A stretch of DNA of 64,000 bases, taken from assembly GCA_023213395.1 (NCBI GenBank), contig CM041465.1, positions 219,487,741-219,551,740 of the forward strand, in the 5' to 3' direction. Below are positions 37,790 through 53,269 of this stretch, piece after piece (the first letter of the stretch is position 1; each line of letters begins with the position of its first letter). Below the pieces are notes generated by a model that worked only from the letters and a program-made list of their open reading frames with translations, ran no database searches and was not told where the DNA came from. Origin of the DNA: Cycas panzhihuaensis. Its lineage: Eukaryota; Plantae; Cycadophyta. The translations under genes and the position numbers were made by a program.

Positions 37790-40472
37790 AAGGTGACTAA
37801 AGATATTATTCTTGCCCGCAAGTGAATAATTAAAATTAGAGTTGAGTATTCATCCTAAGAGGTTAAAGAGTACACAGAGTTATTTCATGAATTCCATGAT
37901 GTATTTGCTTAGGATTATTCATACATGAAGGCCATTGATCCCTCCATCATCATGTATAACTTTACCACCATACCTGGTACCCACCCAATTAGGTAAAAGT
38001 AGCATTCATTGCACCCTAAGCTTTTAGCAACTATGAAAATAGAAGCTGAGAAGCTACATGCAAATGGTCTCCTCACCTTGATAGATTACCCCAAGTGGGT
38101 ATCTAACATTGTCCTAGTCATAAAGAAAAATGGAACGATAAGAATCTATATTGATTTTCGAGATATCAGCAACACTTATCCTAAGGAAAGTTTTGTGTTA
38201 CCCTTTATCGATCAAACTATTGACTACATTGTTAGATTTGAGGTGATGTCCTTGATAAATGGTTTCTCTTGATATAATTAGATTCAAATTTCTCCAAAGG
38301 ACTAACATAAGACTGCTTTCACCACCCCATGGGGGACATTTGCTTATAAAGTTATGCCCTTTAGCTTGAAAATTACTAGAGTAACATACCAAAGAGCCAT
38401 GCAATTTATCTTCCATGACCTCATCAATAATATTCTAAAGGTCTTTAAGGACAATCTCATAGGCTTATCTCATAAAAGGAGTAATCACCTAGTAGATCTA
38501 AGGAAGATATTCACTCATTGTCATAAATATCACATTAGTTTAAATCCTCTTAAGTGTGTTTTTGCTATCACCATCAGTAAATTATTAGGGTTCCTCATAT
38601 CTTAAGAAGGGATTAAAGTTGACCTTGACAAACTCAAGGCTATGGTTGAGATGCCCCTACCTAAAACCCAATGGAAAATTAACTCCTTCCTAGGCCATCT
38701 TAGGTTCTTACAATGATTTCTAGTAGATTTTACCATCAATGCTAAACTGCTAACAAACTTAGTCAAGAAGGGAACCCCTTTTGTGTGGACATTTAAGGCC
38801 AAGAAGCATTCCACTAGCTCAAGCAAGCTCTCATCATAACTCATGTATTGGCACCTCCCCTATTTGATTGCATTTTTATCCTTTATACCTCTGCAACTAA
38901 TAAATCTATGGGAGCTATGCTAGCCCAAGAGGATGATACCAAGGTTGAGTGGGTTATTTACTTCATAAGTTGCACCTTGGTGGCTGTTAAAATAAACTAC
39001 TCTCCAATTGAAAAAGAATGCTTAGCCTTGGTATTTATTGTTAAGAAGCTCTGTTATTATCTCCTTGGAAATACAATACATGTTATTATCCAGTCAGACC
39101 CATTATGTTCTCTTATGAACCAATCTGACTTGACTAGGAGAATAGGTAAATGGGCCCTCCTCCTATAAGAATATGATCTTAAGGTTGTCAACCATAAGTC
39201 TAAGAAAGGTATGATAGTGGTTGAGCAGTTAGTAGAAGCTCTAATTTCTAACCCAACCAAGGCCCCTATCAATGACTCTCTCCCAGATGAGTCAATTCTG
39301 GCCCTTTAAGAGGTTAATCCCCATCCCCTGGCCAATGATAAATGGTATGGTGACATCGCCAACTATTTAGCATAATAAAAATACCCAGCTAAGGCTTTTG
39401 ACCAATCAGATTCTCCATGAATGTTATAATAGCATTTGTGGGGGGTACTTTGAGGGTCAATCTATGGGCCAGAGAATATTATGCTAGGGTTATTACTAGT
39501 TAACATTATTTAAATATACCCATAACTATATTTTATATTATCATAAATACCAAGAGTACACCAACATGATTCACCAATTGTTTAAGGTATTACATGGTAT
39601 TATATCACCATGGCCATTTTCTCAATGGGGGTTGGACCTTATAGGAGCTATAACTCCGCTGTCTTCATCCTAGCACAAGTTTATTTTGCTAGCAACAAAA
39701 TATTTCACTAAGTAGGCTAAGGCGGTCCCTTTATCTTCAACGACGGGCAAGATAATCATCACATTTATCTTTCAAAACATTATTTATCATTTCAGAGTCC
39801 CTCATGTTCTCATTATAGATAACGAGACTCCGTTCTATAATAAAGAAATAGATGAGCTTTGTAAGAAATTTAAAATCTCTCATAAAACTTCATCTCCATA
39901 TTATCCTCAAGCCAATGGTTAGATCAAGGCCTTTAATAAGACCTTGATCAATATCCTTAAGAAAACCATCAATCAATCCCAAAGGGATTGGCATTTACAG
40001 CTTCGCCCTATTCTTTCGGCTTATTGTACATCAATTAGAACTGCCACAAGGATGACTCCCTTTTCTTTAGTTTATAGGATAGAAGTAGTCCTCCCCTTAG
40101 AGATTGAAATCCCTTCTTTGAGGGTGTCGCTTAAAGATTTTGTTGATGAAGAGTGGCGACATTAGGATCATTTTCTTGATCTAGAGGCACTTGATAAAAA
40201 ATGCCTCACTGCATACTAATCTAATCTTGCATCTAAGGCTAAAATTCAAAAGACCCATGATAAATACCTTTGTCATATCCTTTGGTTCTGTGGGGCCAGG
40301 TCCTTAAACTTAAATATCTATACGATCACCTCTTGAAATTCAGCCTAAATGGATGGGCCCCTTTGTCCTCATCAATACACTAAATAATGGTGCCTATCGT
40401 ATTGCTACTTTGGAAGGCCTCGAGTTCAAGAAGGCTATCAATGGTTAGTTTCTTAAAATATTTTATAGCTAA
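37790..40472 (+). pseudogene. pol: RT, RNase H and integrase of C; no aRH between RH and INT
   Basis: YPKWVSNIVLV.KKNG.IRIYIDFRD, TAFTTPWG.F.YKVMPF.LK, LNPLKCVF; LYTSA...GAMLAQ, NYSPIEKECLAL; PWPFSQWGLDLIG, PYYPQANG, PFSLVY..EVVLPLEIEIPSLR, PKWMGPF. Confidence 0.93.
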
Positions 40473-40514
40473 CCTCTTTGCCTTCTAAAGTAGGTGGGTA
40501 GCTATGACAACCTA

Positions 40515-40690
40515 CCCTAGTGTGAGCCTAAACTACCACCTAGTTCTAGTATGACCCTAAATTACCAATTAGCTCTGGCACAAGCCTAAACTACCAACTA
40601 GCTTTACCATGAGCCTAAACTTCCAACTTTCTCTAGTATGATCCCAAACTTCCATCCTACACTGAAATGAGCCTAAACTATCCCTCCCCT
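40515..40690 (+). repeat. About 30-bp tandem repeats just after the pol stop codon
   Basis: About six units of tgagcctaaactaccacctagttctagta. Confidence 0.85.
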
Positions 40691-41299
40691 TAAGTTTAGG
40701 ATTTCTCCTATTCTTAGAATAGGGGGCATGGTGCCTATTACTTCTTCATGGCTCTAAAGTGAGCTTAGATCACCCTACCTTAAGAGTTATTCCAATGTAT
40801 AACACCTCATTTAAAGTTCTCTTTTGAACCTATCCAGCATAATGATGATGATAATCCCATGATCATAAGGCATGAGACTCTACCATGAGTATAAACTAGA
40901 TATCCAAAGTGTGTGATATCATTTCATGTGGAATATGGTGGTATGTTGGGTGTGTGAGCTATGATGCCATACACAAGAGATTATGATAAAATAAACATAC
41001 ATAAGCATAACACATACACACGCAAGAGTGATATCACATATACATAAAGATACATCTATTGAACAAATATATAAAAGATGAAAAGTAAATGATAGGGTCC
41101 CAATTGGCCCCTATGAGTATCTATATATATCCAAAAGTGCCAAGTACATGGTGGAAGGGGATGTATCCTCCTAAGAGGAGGTTGGGATCCTTGCAGGGGG
41201 GGTATAGTCATGCATATAAGCTCTCTGCCCTTGGAGGCCCAACTCTCATCTACTATACAAGAAGTAGTATATATATACATACATGCAAGTCCAGTCATG

Positions 41300-43520
41300 C
41301 CCTCATAGAATGTCATCTCATGGCCTCTCCCTCCTCCACTTTGGTAGGGTATATGTACCCCCCATGCTCATCCTTGGTCACTATGTTAGCCCAACCTTTC
41401 TCCCCTCATCCTATGGATGACCCTCGTCTCTAGGTCATCGGCATGATGGCACAGTCATGTGTGTCCTTAAAGATCATGCTACCATCTAGTCTATAAGATG
41501 ATTATACCTCAACCTAAGATGATCTCGCTCCCCCTGGATCTCTACAAGTCACACATCTAAAATGGTAACTAGCATGTTTATATCGCAGGCTACCTTTAAG
41601 GGTGTTGTTGTTATAGGTGGCGCTACTACCACTCCCTATGCCTTTAGCTCCTAGACTTAGGCCTGCAGTTGGTCTCACTCAGCTCTAACCTAGCTAAGGT
41701 CATGGGCATGGGCCACACATATCTCCCTCATATGTAATAGAGGGGTGAATATCATTATGTGAGGTAAAGCTGACATAGGCTCCCCACTATCCACAATGGG
41801 AGGCTAGCCCTCTACATATATTGCTAGGAAGAGGTTATCTACCACTCTAGCCACCATCTTTGTTGTAATCTCAACCCCTGCAAATAGAAAAGTCCATGTC
41901 AATAAGTTCATATATACATATATATAATCGAAGCAACTCGATAAGCACTGATAAAATTACATCAATATTAAACACGATACCTCATGGTGGAGCCTCCCCT
42001 AGTACAACTAGAGCCTTCTCTACTATAGCAGGAGCCTCCTCTAGTACAGTTAGAGCCTCCTCATTGCCTCCCTCATCCTCAGCATCGTCATCCTCTCCCT
42101 CCTCCTCCTCATCATCATCATCATCATCCTTGCTACCAGTCTCCTCCTCACCTCTGCTCTCATGTCATGCCTCTGTAACCTCCCCTACAACATCCTCATC
42201 ACCCTCTACATCATTGTCCCAATGGACACCCTTGTATAGATATCGAATATAGTCTATTGACGCCAGAAGATTTAGGGAAATAGTATCAATTTACCATCGA
42301 ACCTGCTCTAGCTCTCCCAAGTTACAGAATCATGAGGGCCATCAGTGGAGTAGTGACACTTGAGGCCCTACTAGTTGTGGTCCTGCTATAGGCCCTTTCC
42401 CTTGAAAGTGGTCAAAAAATGGCACTAAAGGATAGAGTAATAGGAAAATCCTACTCTCCTGACTGCCTAGATGTAGTCGAGTTGTCCCCTCGTGTTGGTA
42501 GCCACCATCGCTACCTAATCTAATCTCTCTCTAGCCTTGCACCTCCTAATGGCATTCATTTAGCCTCTAGGTACTTCTCGATAATTCTATCTCTAAGATA
42601 TCTAAAATAAAATCATAAATGTAATAAACTTCCTCTAACAAGAAATCCATGCAGCAAAAATTTGGTGCATTAATCCACCACGCTTATCCCAGTATCCTCA
42701 CCTGTAGAAGAATCGAGTTGCTGCTTGGTGGGCCTCCTCCATGCTAGGTAAGGCCCCTAGATCTGGGGGAGCTTCTCTTATGGGCACTCCTAGTATTTAG
42801 TAGATGTCATGTGGTGTGATCATGATGTCCCCCACTTGAGGCAAGTGGAATACCTACCTTTGTCGATCCCAATGAGATGTAATGTCAACCAGGAGGGCCT
42901 AATCTAATGTATATTATCGTGAAGAGGTGGCCTGTAGTAAGTCGCACCTCCAGAAGACCTCCTAGTCCCTCTTGCTCATCATCTCTATGAGGGTTATCAA
43001 CTGGTATAACAACTTGCAAAAATAATTTATTGTATCTATTAACATTCCCAAAGCATCAATGAATGATTAATAGAATAGATTATAATAAAAAAGGGATATA
43101 AACATTCCAAATAAAATAATAATAAATTTTTTTATCCTTTATACTACAAATATATTTGTGATACCACAAATGCATCTATAGTACCACGTATAAGTCTATG
43201 GTATACTGTAGACATTTCTACCATATCGCTATAATGTTTGTGGTACCACAAAAATTACTATGGTACTAAATAAACCTCCCTATAGATACCTAGAAACCAA
43301 AAATATTTTATTTTATTGAGCTAATACCTAGCCCAATAGGGCCAAGGCACCTAGATTCCCTAGCCCAGCCTAGAACAGGGTCTCAAACTAGCCCCGTTTA
43401 GCCTCTATCTATCATATTAGGCACAGCCTAACTACCAAAACATATATCATCAAAAAATAAGTAAAATGACCTAAAATAATCAAATCCACTCACTGAGTCT
43501 GGACATACTAAGTTATTTCT
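41300..43520 (-). pseudogene. Spliced PMD gene antisense to element C; introns about 43014-43493 and 41878-41980
   Basis: ALLVDITSHWDRQR*VFHLPQVGDIMITPHDIY*ILGVP; acidic tract 42060-42220; donor gtatcg and acceptor tttgcag in phase 1, as in A. Confidence 0.78.
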
Positions 43521-43663
43521 CACCTATAATCCCTATGGATCCTCCTGCTCATTAATGTAATGGTTGGATCTCTCATAATAGACTCGTAAAGGTAGAGGAA
43601 CTAGTAGGATATGGAGGGTCTCTCTTTAGTTTTCAATAGGTGATCATTTAAGAAAAATCATTA

Positions 43664-43681
43664 TTTATAAAAGGGCCCCCC
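43664..43681. promoter_or_regulatory. Candidate bidirectional TATA of the cassette in C
   Basis: tttataaaagggccccc, positionally homologous to 17707-17726. Confidence 0.45.
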
Positions 43682-44986
43682 TATCTCCTCTTCCCTGGCA
43701 CCCCTTGTTTTAATGTCGATCCCTCCATTTAGTGATTCATCATTTTCATTTACTCAAAAGGTCTTCTTTCCACTTCCTTACTTGGCCAAAGACCTCTTTT
43801 TGCTCCCTGTCATCTTTTTATCATCATATTTCACTTTGGCAGTGTACTTTCTTCTCTTGGGTAAGCCTTTTTACCCTTGGGGTGCCCACCTAATCCCTTA
43901 TAGGTGTTTATAGTCCATGGGATCCATTTTTTATCTTGATTCTTGATTTATCACCTATGTAGGCCCTCCATGTGTCAGATATCATTTGACCCTTACATCT
44001 CATTCTTTCTCACTTGCATTATGATCCTCTTGTGCTAACGTACTTGATATCTCGATATCCTCATTGATCACTTAGACCATGTTGTCACCCCTAGTTCCTT
44101 TCAGGTTACCTGCTTTCTTTTACTATAGAGTCTTCAACACCTCTATAGCTCACTACTTACTTTGTTATTTTATGATAACCTCACTACCTCATTTATTTCC
44201 TTACATGTTGTAGTGCCATAGGTGTTTCATTAGGTTTCTTCATGGTTTGAGCTTGGTTATCCAAATTGTTTCTTGTATGTCCTCAGTAGTAGCAATCGCC
44301 AAAATCCTCCTCGATGCCATGATGTGGTGGGCAAAATCATGATGCTCGAGACCATCACATAAATTGCCTATTTCACCTTGCAGTTTGACTTTTTCAGCTT
44401 GCTCTCATGATGTAGCACTTACTATGTTAAAAATTGCTACGACGACATTCTTCCTAGTTCCTTCATGGTCGAGCCTACCACCACACCTACCTCACGCCAC
44501 TCAAGCCTTTATTTATATATTCCCTCTCAAAGCTATCCAGAAAAAAAAAAAAAAAAAATAAGTCCTTAAGGATGTAAAAAATATATATAATAATAATGAA
44601 AAAATTAATGTATATATTTTGATACACTTTGAATAGGTGATATTTATTACGACCTATTTGGTTCTTAGGGCAAGTCGTGGGATAGCCTCATCCATGCTTA
44701 TAATATGTAGTTTAGGTTTGATTATGTGGGCTATTTTGGGATATTCAAATCAAAGTGGTTGGACCTACTATGGTCTTAATTATGATCAAACCCTGCTTAG
44801 TATGGATTATTACTCTTTATAGATTTTAGAGGAGGTTTCTTTGGTTTGGTTATTGGCTGTTCTTGAAGACTAGTGGTTCATTCCAGTCATATTCGTGTGC
44901 CTTCTTTGGTTCTTGTTGATGATCATTGATTCCCATACATTTCTATTATTTAGTAATTTTATGTCAAGCTATTATTACGTATCCCT

Positions 44987-45490
44987 ATGGCATTGATCAT
45001 TCACACTAATAGGGGTAATCATGGGAATCTAAGGCCTTCTACTATTGCTTGGGTCCTCTAGGATCCCTCTAGGTATACTTTTATTTTATTTGGGATCTAT
45101 TTATACAAAGTCATTAATAATGAGGTCGATTATACCATTGTCATTAAGTCTTTGACTGATGCACTATGATTTTATCATGGCTCTATCATTTTGCATTGTG
45201 ATTCCCAGATTATCATTTCCTAGCTCACCTAGGTCTATCGCTCAGTTTTCCCTTGATTAAGATTGTTAGCCATGACTGCTAGATCCCTTCTAGCCTATTT
45301 CTCCTCCATCGACATCCTTCGTGTTCCTCGTGGACTTAACATTGAGGTTGATAGGTTGGTTAAATTCATCCTTAAGCATCATCTTCCACTAGCAAATGAC
45401 CCTCCCTTGGCCCATCAAGCTGCCTTTCGAGGTCATTTCATTTATAGGGGTAAGCTTCATGTGGCCTCACCTCCAAGGGGCACCCACTAA
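44987..45490 (+). pseudogene. Stand-alone archaeal-type RNase H ORF of element C
   Basis: One frame: MALIIHTNRGNHGNLRPS.IAWVL*DPS...INNEVDY..VIKSL..A...CDSQIIIS*LT*VY...TARSLLAYFSSIDILRVPRGLNIEVDRLV. Confidence 0.85.
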
Positions 45491-45728
45491 TGAGGTAAAA
45501 CTATGGTAGCAACCCTAGGATTACAATAGCCCCTTATGGAAGCTAAGCCACATTGTTGAAGCTACCTCCCTTGCTCTAGTAAGAGCCTAAACTGCCACAC
45601 CTCCAAGGGGTACCCACTACTAAGGTAAAACTATAGTGGTAACCCTGGGCTTATAATAGCCCCTTATGGAAGCTAAGCCATGTTGTTGAAACTCCCTCTT
45701 TTGCTTCGCGAGAGCTTAAACCGCCACA
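45468..45728. repeat. 130-bp tandem duplication
   Basis: cacctccaagggg.acccacta.. twice; each unit ends gagc(c/t)taaac(t/c)gccac. Confidence 0.88.
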
Positions 45729-45749
45729 TAGCCCTAAAATGAGGATAAA

Positions 45750-49564
<3,815 letters not shown>

Positions 49565-50232
49565 TTTATTTATTTATTTATTTATTTATTTCTACATATT
49601 ATCTTTGCTTGGATTGTCATTTACTTTTTATATAAGCCTTTACTATCAAAAAATTTTAAAAAAATTATTATACAATAATCAAAATCTAAAAAAAAATACA
49701 AAACAACAAAATTGAAAAATATATATATAAACCATTAAAAATCAAAAGAATTACACTTTTAAAAACTAGCCATTGATAAGGTTAAACTATGGCGACCTAC
49801 CTTGAGCCCATTAGGCCCCTTCCTCTCTTTGGATATTTGGAGTATATCTTCTTGTATTTAAGGGGCTTTGGGATTCTGTGCCCCTCTTCTAGGCCATGAT
49901 GCCTAGTTTGTCATGCTATGGGGGTAAACCCCCCAGTATATGGCTCCATTCACTCACACACACTAGGATTATATAGCCATTGGCCTTTGGGAGTGATGTG
50001 ATCATTGATTAGCCACCCCTCTTAGCTTATGCAACTCCATTGTAAGACCTCTATATGACTAGCCTAGGGAAACCTACCTATGACCTGCTACTAATGAGGT
50101 ACCATTATGGTAGCCATAGGCCCATGTGACATCCACACGCATTTTGATTTATATTATTATTATAGCATATCTTATCATTTGTGTTAGCAACATTCACCAT
50201 CTTCTAGGTATAGATTCGAAGAGATTCTGCTA

Positions 50233-50244
50233 CCAAGGGGGCAG
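50233..50244 (+). promoter_or_regulatory. PPT of element C
   Basis: ccaagggggcag before tgtttcccaac. Confidence 0.88.
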
Positions 50245-53193
50245 TGTTTCCCAACTTTCAGGAACAGGATTTTGATGATTAGTCGAGCATGGTAAGTGTA
50301 GGTATAATTTCTACCATTCATGTTATCTTTTTATTTTAGTTGCATGTGTTTGGATCATGTGGTGAATGGAAGCTTGATACTTATACTTGATTGATTGGGC
50401 CATGTCCCTTATTTTTTAGCCAATGACAAGTAGGACATTACCCATGGCCCTTTTATCTCTCTATTAGTGTTACTGAGTCAGAAAATAGATACCTCCTTAC
50501 TTGTAAGTGACTCATTCCCTTGTTTTGATTAATTATTTTTGCACATTGTGCCTCATTTTACCTTATTTCCATATGTTAATGATAAGTGAGCATCCACAGA
50601 CCCTTGTTTCCCAAATTTGCCAGTCTGTGCTTAAGTAAAACCATCAATGTTTCCTTTTTGTTATCATACTACTTTGATCCTTATATATGTTATCATACCA
50701 TTGAGAACTTTGTGGTACCACTAAGAACTTTATGGTACTGCTGAGAACTTTGTGATATTAACAGCAGTACTGCTAAAGAATTTATGGTATGATTATCATA
50801 ATACCCAAATTTGGTTTTAGTTACTATCAGTCCACCATTAATGCACCCGTATCACCTCTCTGATAAACCTTATCAGTCTAGGTGACTTGTATCCACCTTG
50901 AAGGGCTAAAGTAGCCCCTAAATCTTCCCTTTTTCCTAGATTTTTCTTGTTTAGAGCACCCAATCTCCTCAAACCTCCTAATTAATCCCTAGTTTTCTAG
51001 AGTGGTTTCCATTACATTGTTGGTAGGAAACTACTCACCCTTGTTTTCTTCTATAAAACCCCCATATTTTTCAAAAGGAAGGGGGAGATCATTTGTAGGA
51101 AGGAATTACTAGGGAGATGCTACTAAAATTTTGCTAGATATACTAGTATTTAGGGATTCATCTAGCAAACATAGTAAGGATTGGAGAGATACTTCTGTAG
51201 CATCCAAATGAGCCCTTAAGGAATGATGATTTTGCAACTAATGGCCACTTTTCTCCAACAAAGGGATATGGTAAACCACTCCTAAGCTTAGGATTTATTA
51301 TCTTTCTCCTTGTTTCCTTCACATTCTCTACTATATTATGAGGATTTTTTATGATTGAGGTTGGCTAATGTTTTCTTAATTTCTTTCCTTATCTCTACTT
51401 GATATTGCTCATATTTTTACTTGATGATTTTCTTTCTTTACATGATATTAAGTTATTCCAACTTGAATTTTAATGATATTCACCCTCCTTGCTTCATTTG
51501 TTAAATCTATTTTTCTTGTTGGATCAGTGTGCAAGCATATGGAGAGGTCTCTTAAGTAAGGCTTAGGAAACCAATGATATAAGAGAGAAAGTGTCATTTT
51601 GAGGCTCTCAACCATATCTCCTTTAACATTCTTATTTTGTGATTATTATTTCATAGATGGTATTTTTATTATTCCATAGTTTATATGATATTGTTAGTTA
51701 GCTCATTGTTGAGTGATATATTTATGCGTGTTGTACGCCTTTAGGAGAGAAAGTTAATCTATGCATAAGAAGAAAGAATAGTCGTTGGTTCAACAAGATT
51801 TGCATAAAGGAACTTACCATTATTATTGGTTGCAACTATCCATAAAAGAGGTAAGTGGTAACAGTTCTTATTTGAGATTTCCTCTAGCTTTCTTATCTCT
51901 TTTTTCAAGATTTGTTTCTTTCTTCCTTTTCATCATAAGGGAAATTGCCAAGTAGAAATATTGTCAAATTTCTCTTAGGGGGAGGTAAATGAACCCCCCA
52001 TATTCGTCATCAAATCAACCATGTGGTAAGTAAGGACACAAGAGTTTTAACCATCGAACATCATTGTCATGGATGCACATTCCTTCTTCTCTCATTTTTT
52101 TATCACAACAATTGATTTTGTTCCACTTTATTTTCAGAAAAAAAAAAGATAGGAGAGATAAAAGAGAGGAAAAGAAGGGTATTAGGTTAAAGAAGTAGGA
52201 AATAACAAAATGAAAGAAGCGAAAGAGAGAGAGGCATCCTTTGATTGATCATCTACTTTTCCTACTCTTATTTTCTCATATCACTCAATTCCTCGTTTTC
52301 TTCCCAAAAAAAGAAAGAGACAAAGAAGAAGAAAAGAAGGATATTGGGGTTGACAAAGAAGAAGAAAAGAAGGATATTGGGGTTGAGGTAGTAGGAAATA
52401 ATAAAAAAGAAAGAAGGGAAAGAGAGAGGTACTTTTTGATTAATCACCCCATTTCTGCACTCTTATTTTCTTATCTTACTCGATCCCATTTTTTTTCCCA
52501 AAAAAAAAAAAGAAAAGAAGAAAAGAAAAGGTTTCCTTCATTCTTATTTTGTTTCTTCAAATATCACTCTTCTTCATCCCTCACTTTTTATATATTGGTA
52601 CTTGCATTTAGGATAAACCTACAAAAATAAAAAAGAAGATATATATGTGTGTGTGTGTGTATACAACAAACAAAATGAAACAAAAAAAAAAAAAAAAATG
52701 AAAAGAAAAGAGCAAAAGAACTAAGACAATGACTAGAATCCCTTACTATACATACCACAAATAGGCTTGTCCTTGCTTTCCCCTTTTCATATAAGATTTA
52801 AGAACAAAGGAAAGATTGTAGTATCATGGGCTCCTGAACTCACAAGGTCTAGCATCCCATTAGCTGACACTCCCTTTGCATACCAAATAAAAGAGAATCA
52901 TAGGTATGTAACCCATCCATTTCACCTTCTTTTCTTTTAGGTCAACCACAAATGCCTTAGAAATTAAGGGGTGAAACCTTCTCCATGTGTCTATTCTCAT
53001 CTAGGTTTCCCTAGGTAGTAGTATAGTTGCATTGTGAGGTTGTCGCTTACCCTACTTTTTGCATCTAAGAGGTGTGCAGACACCTTAGGTAGGGTGTGGA
53101 GTGTTGTCTTCCCTTCCAACTTATCACATTTTCCCTAGGTTTATTCATTAGGTTTTGATGATAGTGCTTCTCCCACCTCCTAGAATCATTTTA
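50245..53193 (+). repeat. 3' LTR of element C
   Basis: Direct repeat of 30495-33386; extra 33-bp duplication 52319-52384 and extra 21-bp units 50697-50790. Confidence 0.93.
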
Positions 53194-53269
53194 GTTATCA
53201 AATTAATCACCATATCTTCCTACTTTATGTTCATTTTTTATATTAATTCTAAAATATAAAAGTTAGTAA

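Noticed and set aside
41896-42252. Ser-rich plus-strand ORF (also Pro/Ser-rich 19325-19667 on the minus strand)
   Set aside because: Antisense shadow of the acidic Glu/Asp/Gly tract of the PMD gene.
44987-45490. aRH as a LINE fragment or host RNase H inserted by chance
   Set aside because: Same position, orientation and start codon in two separate elements; no LINE RT, poly(A) or TSD.
52241-52630. 129-aa ORF and other short ORFs inside LTRs
   Set aside because: Low complexity and not kept open in the sister LTR.
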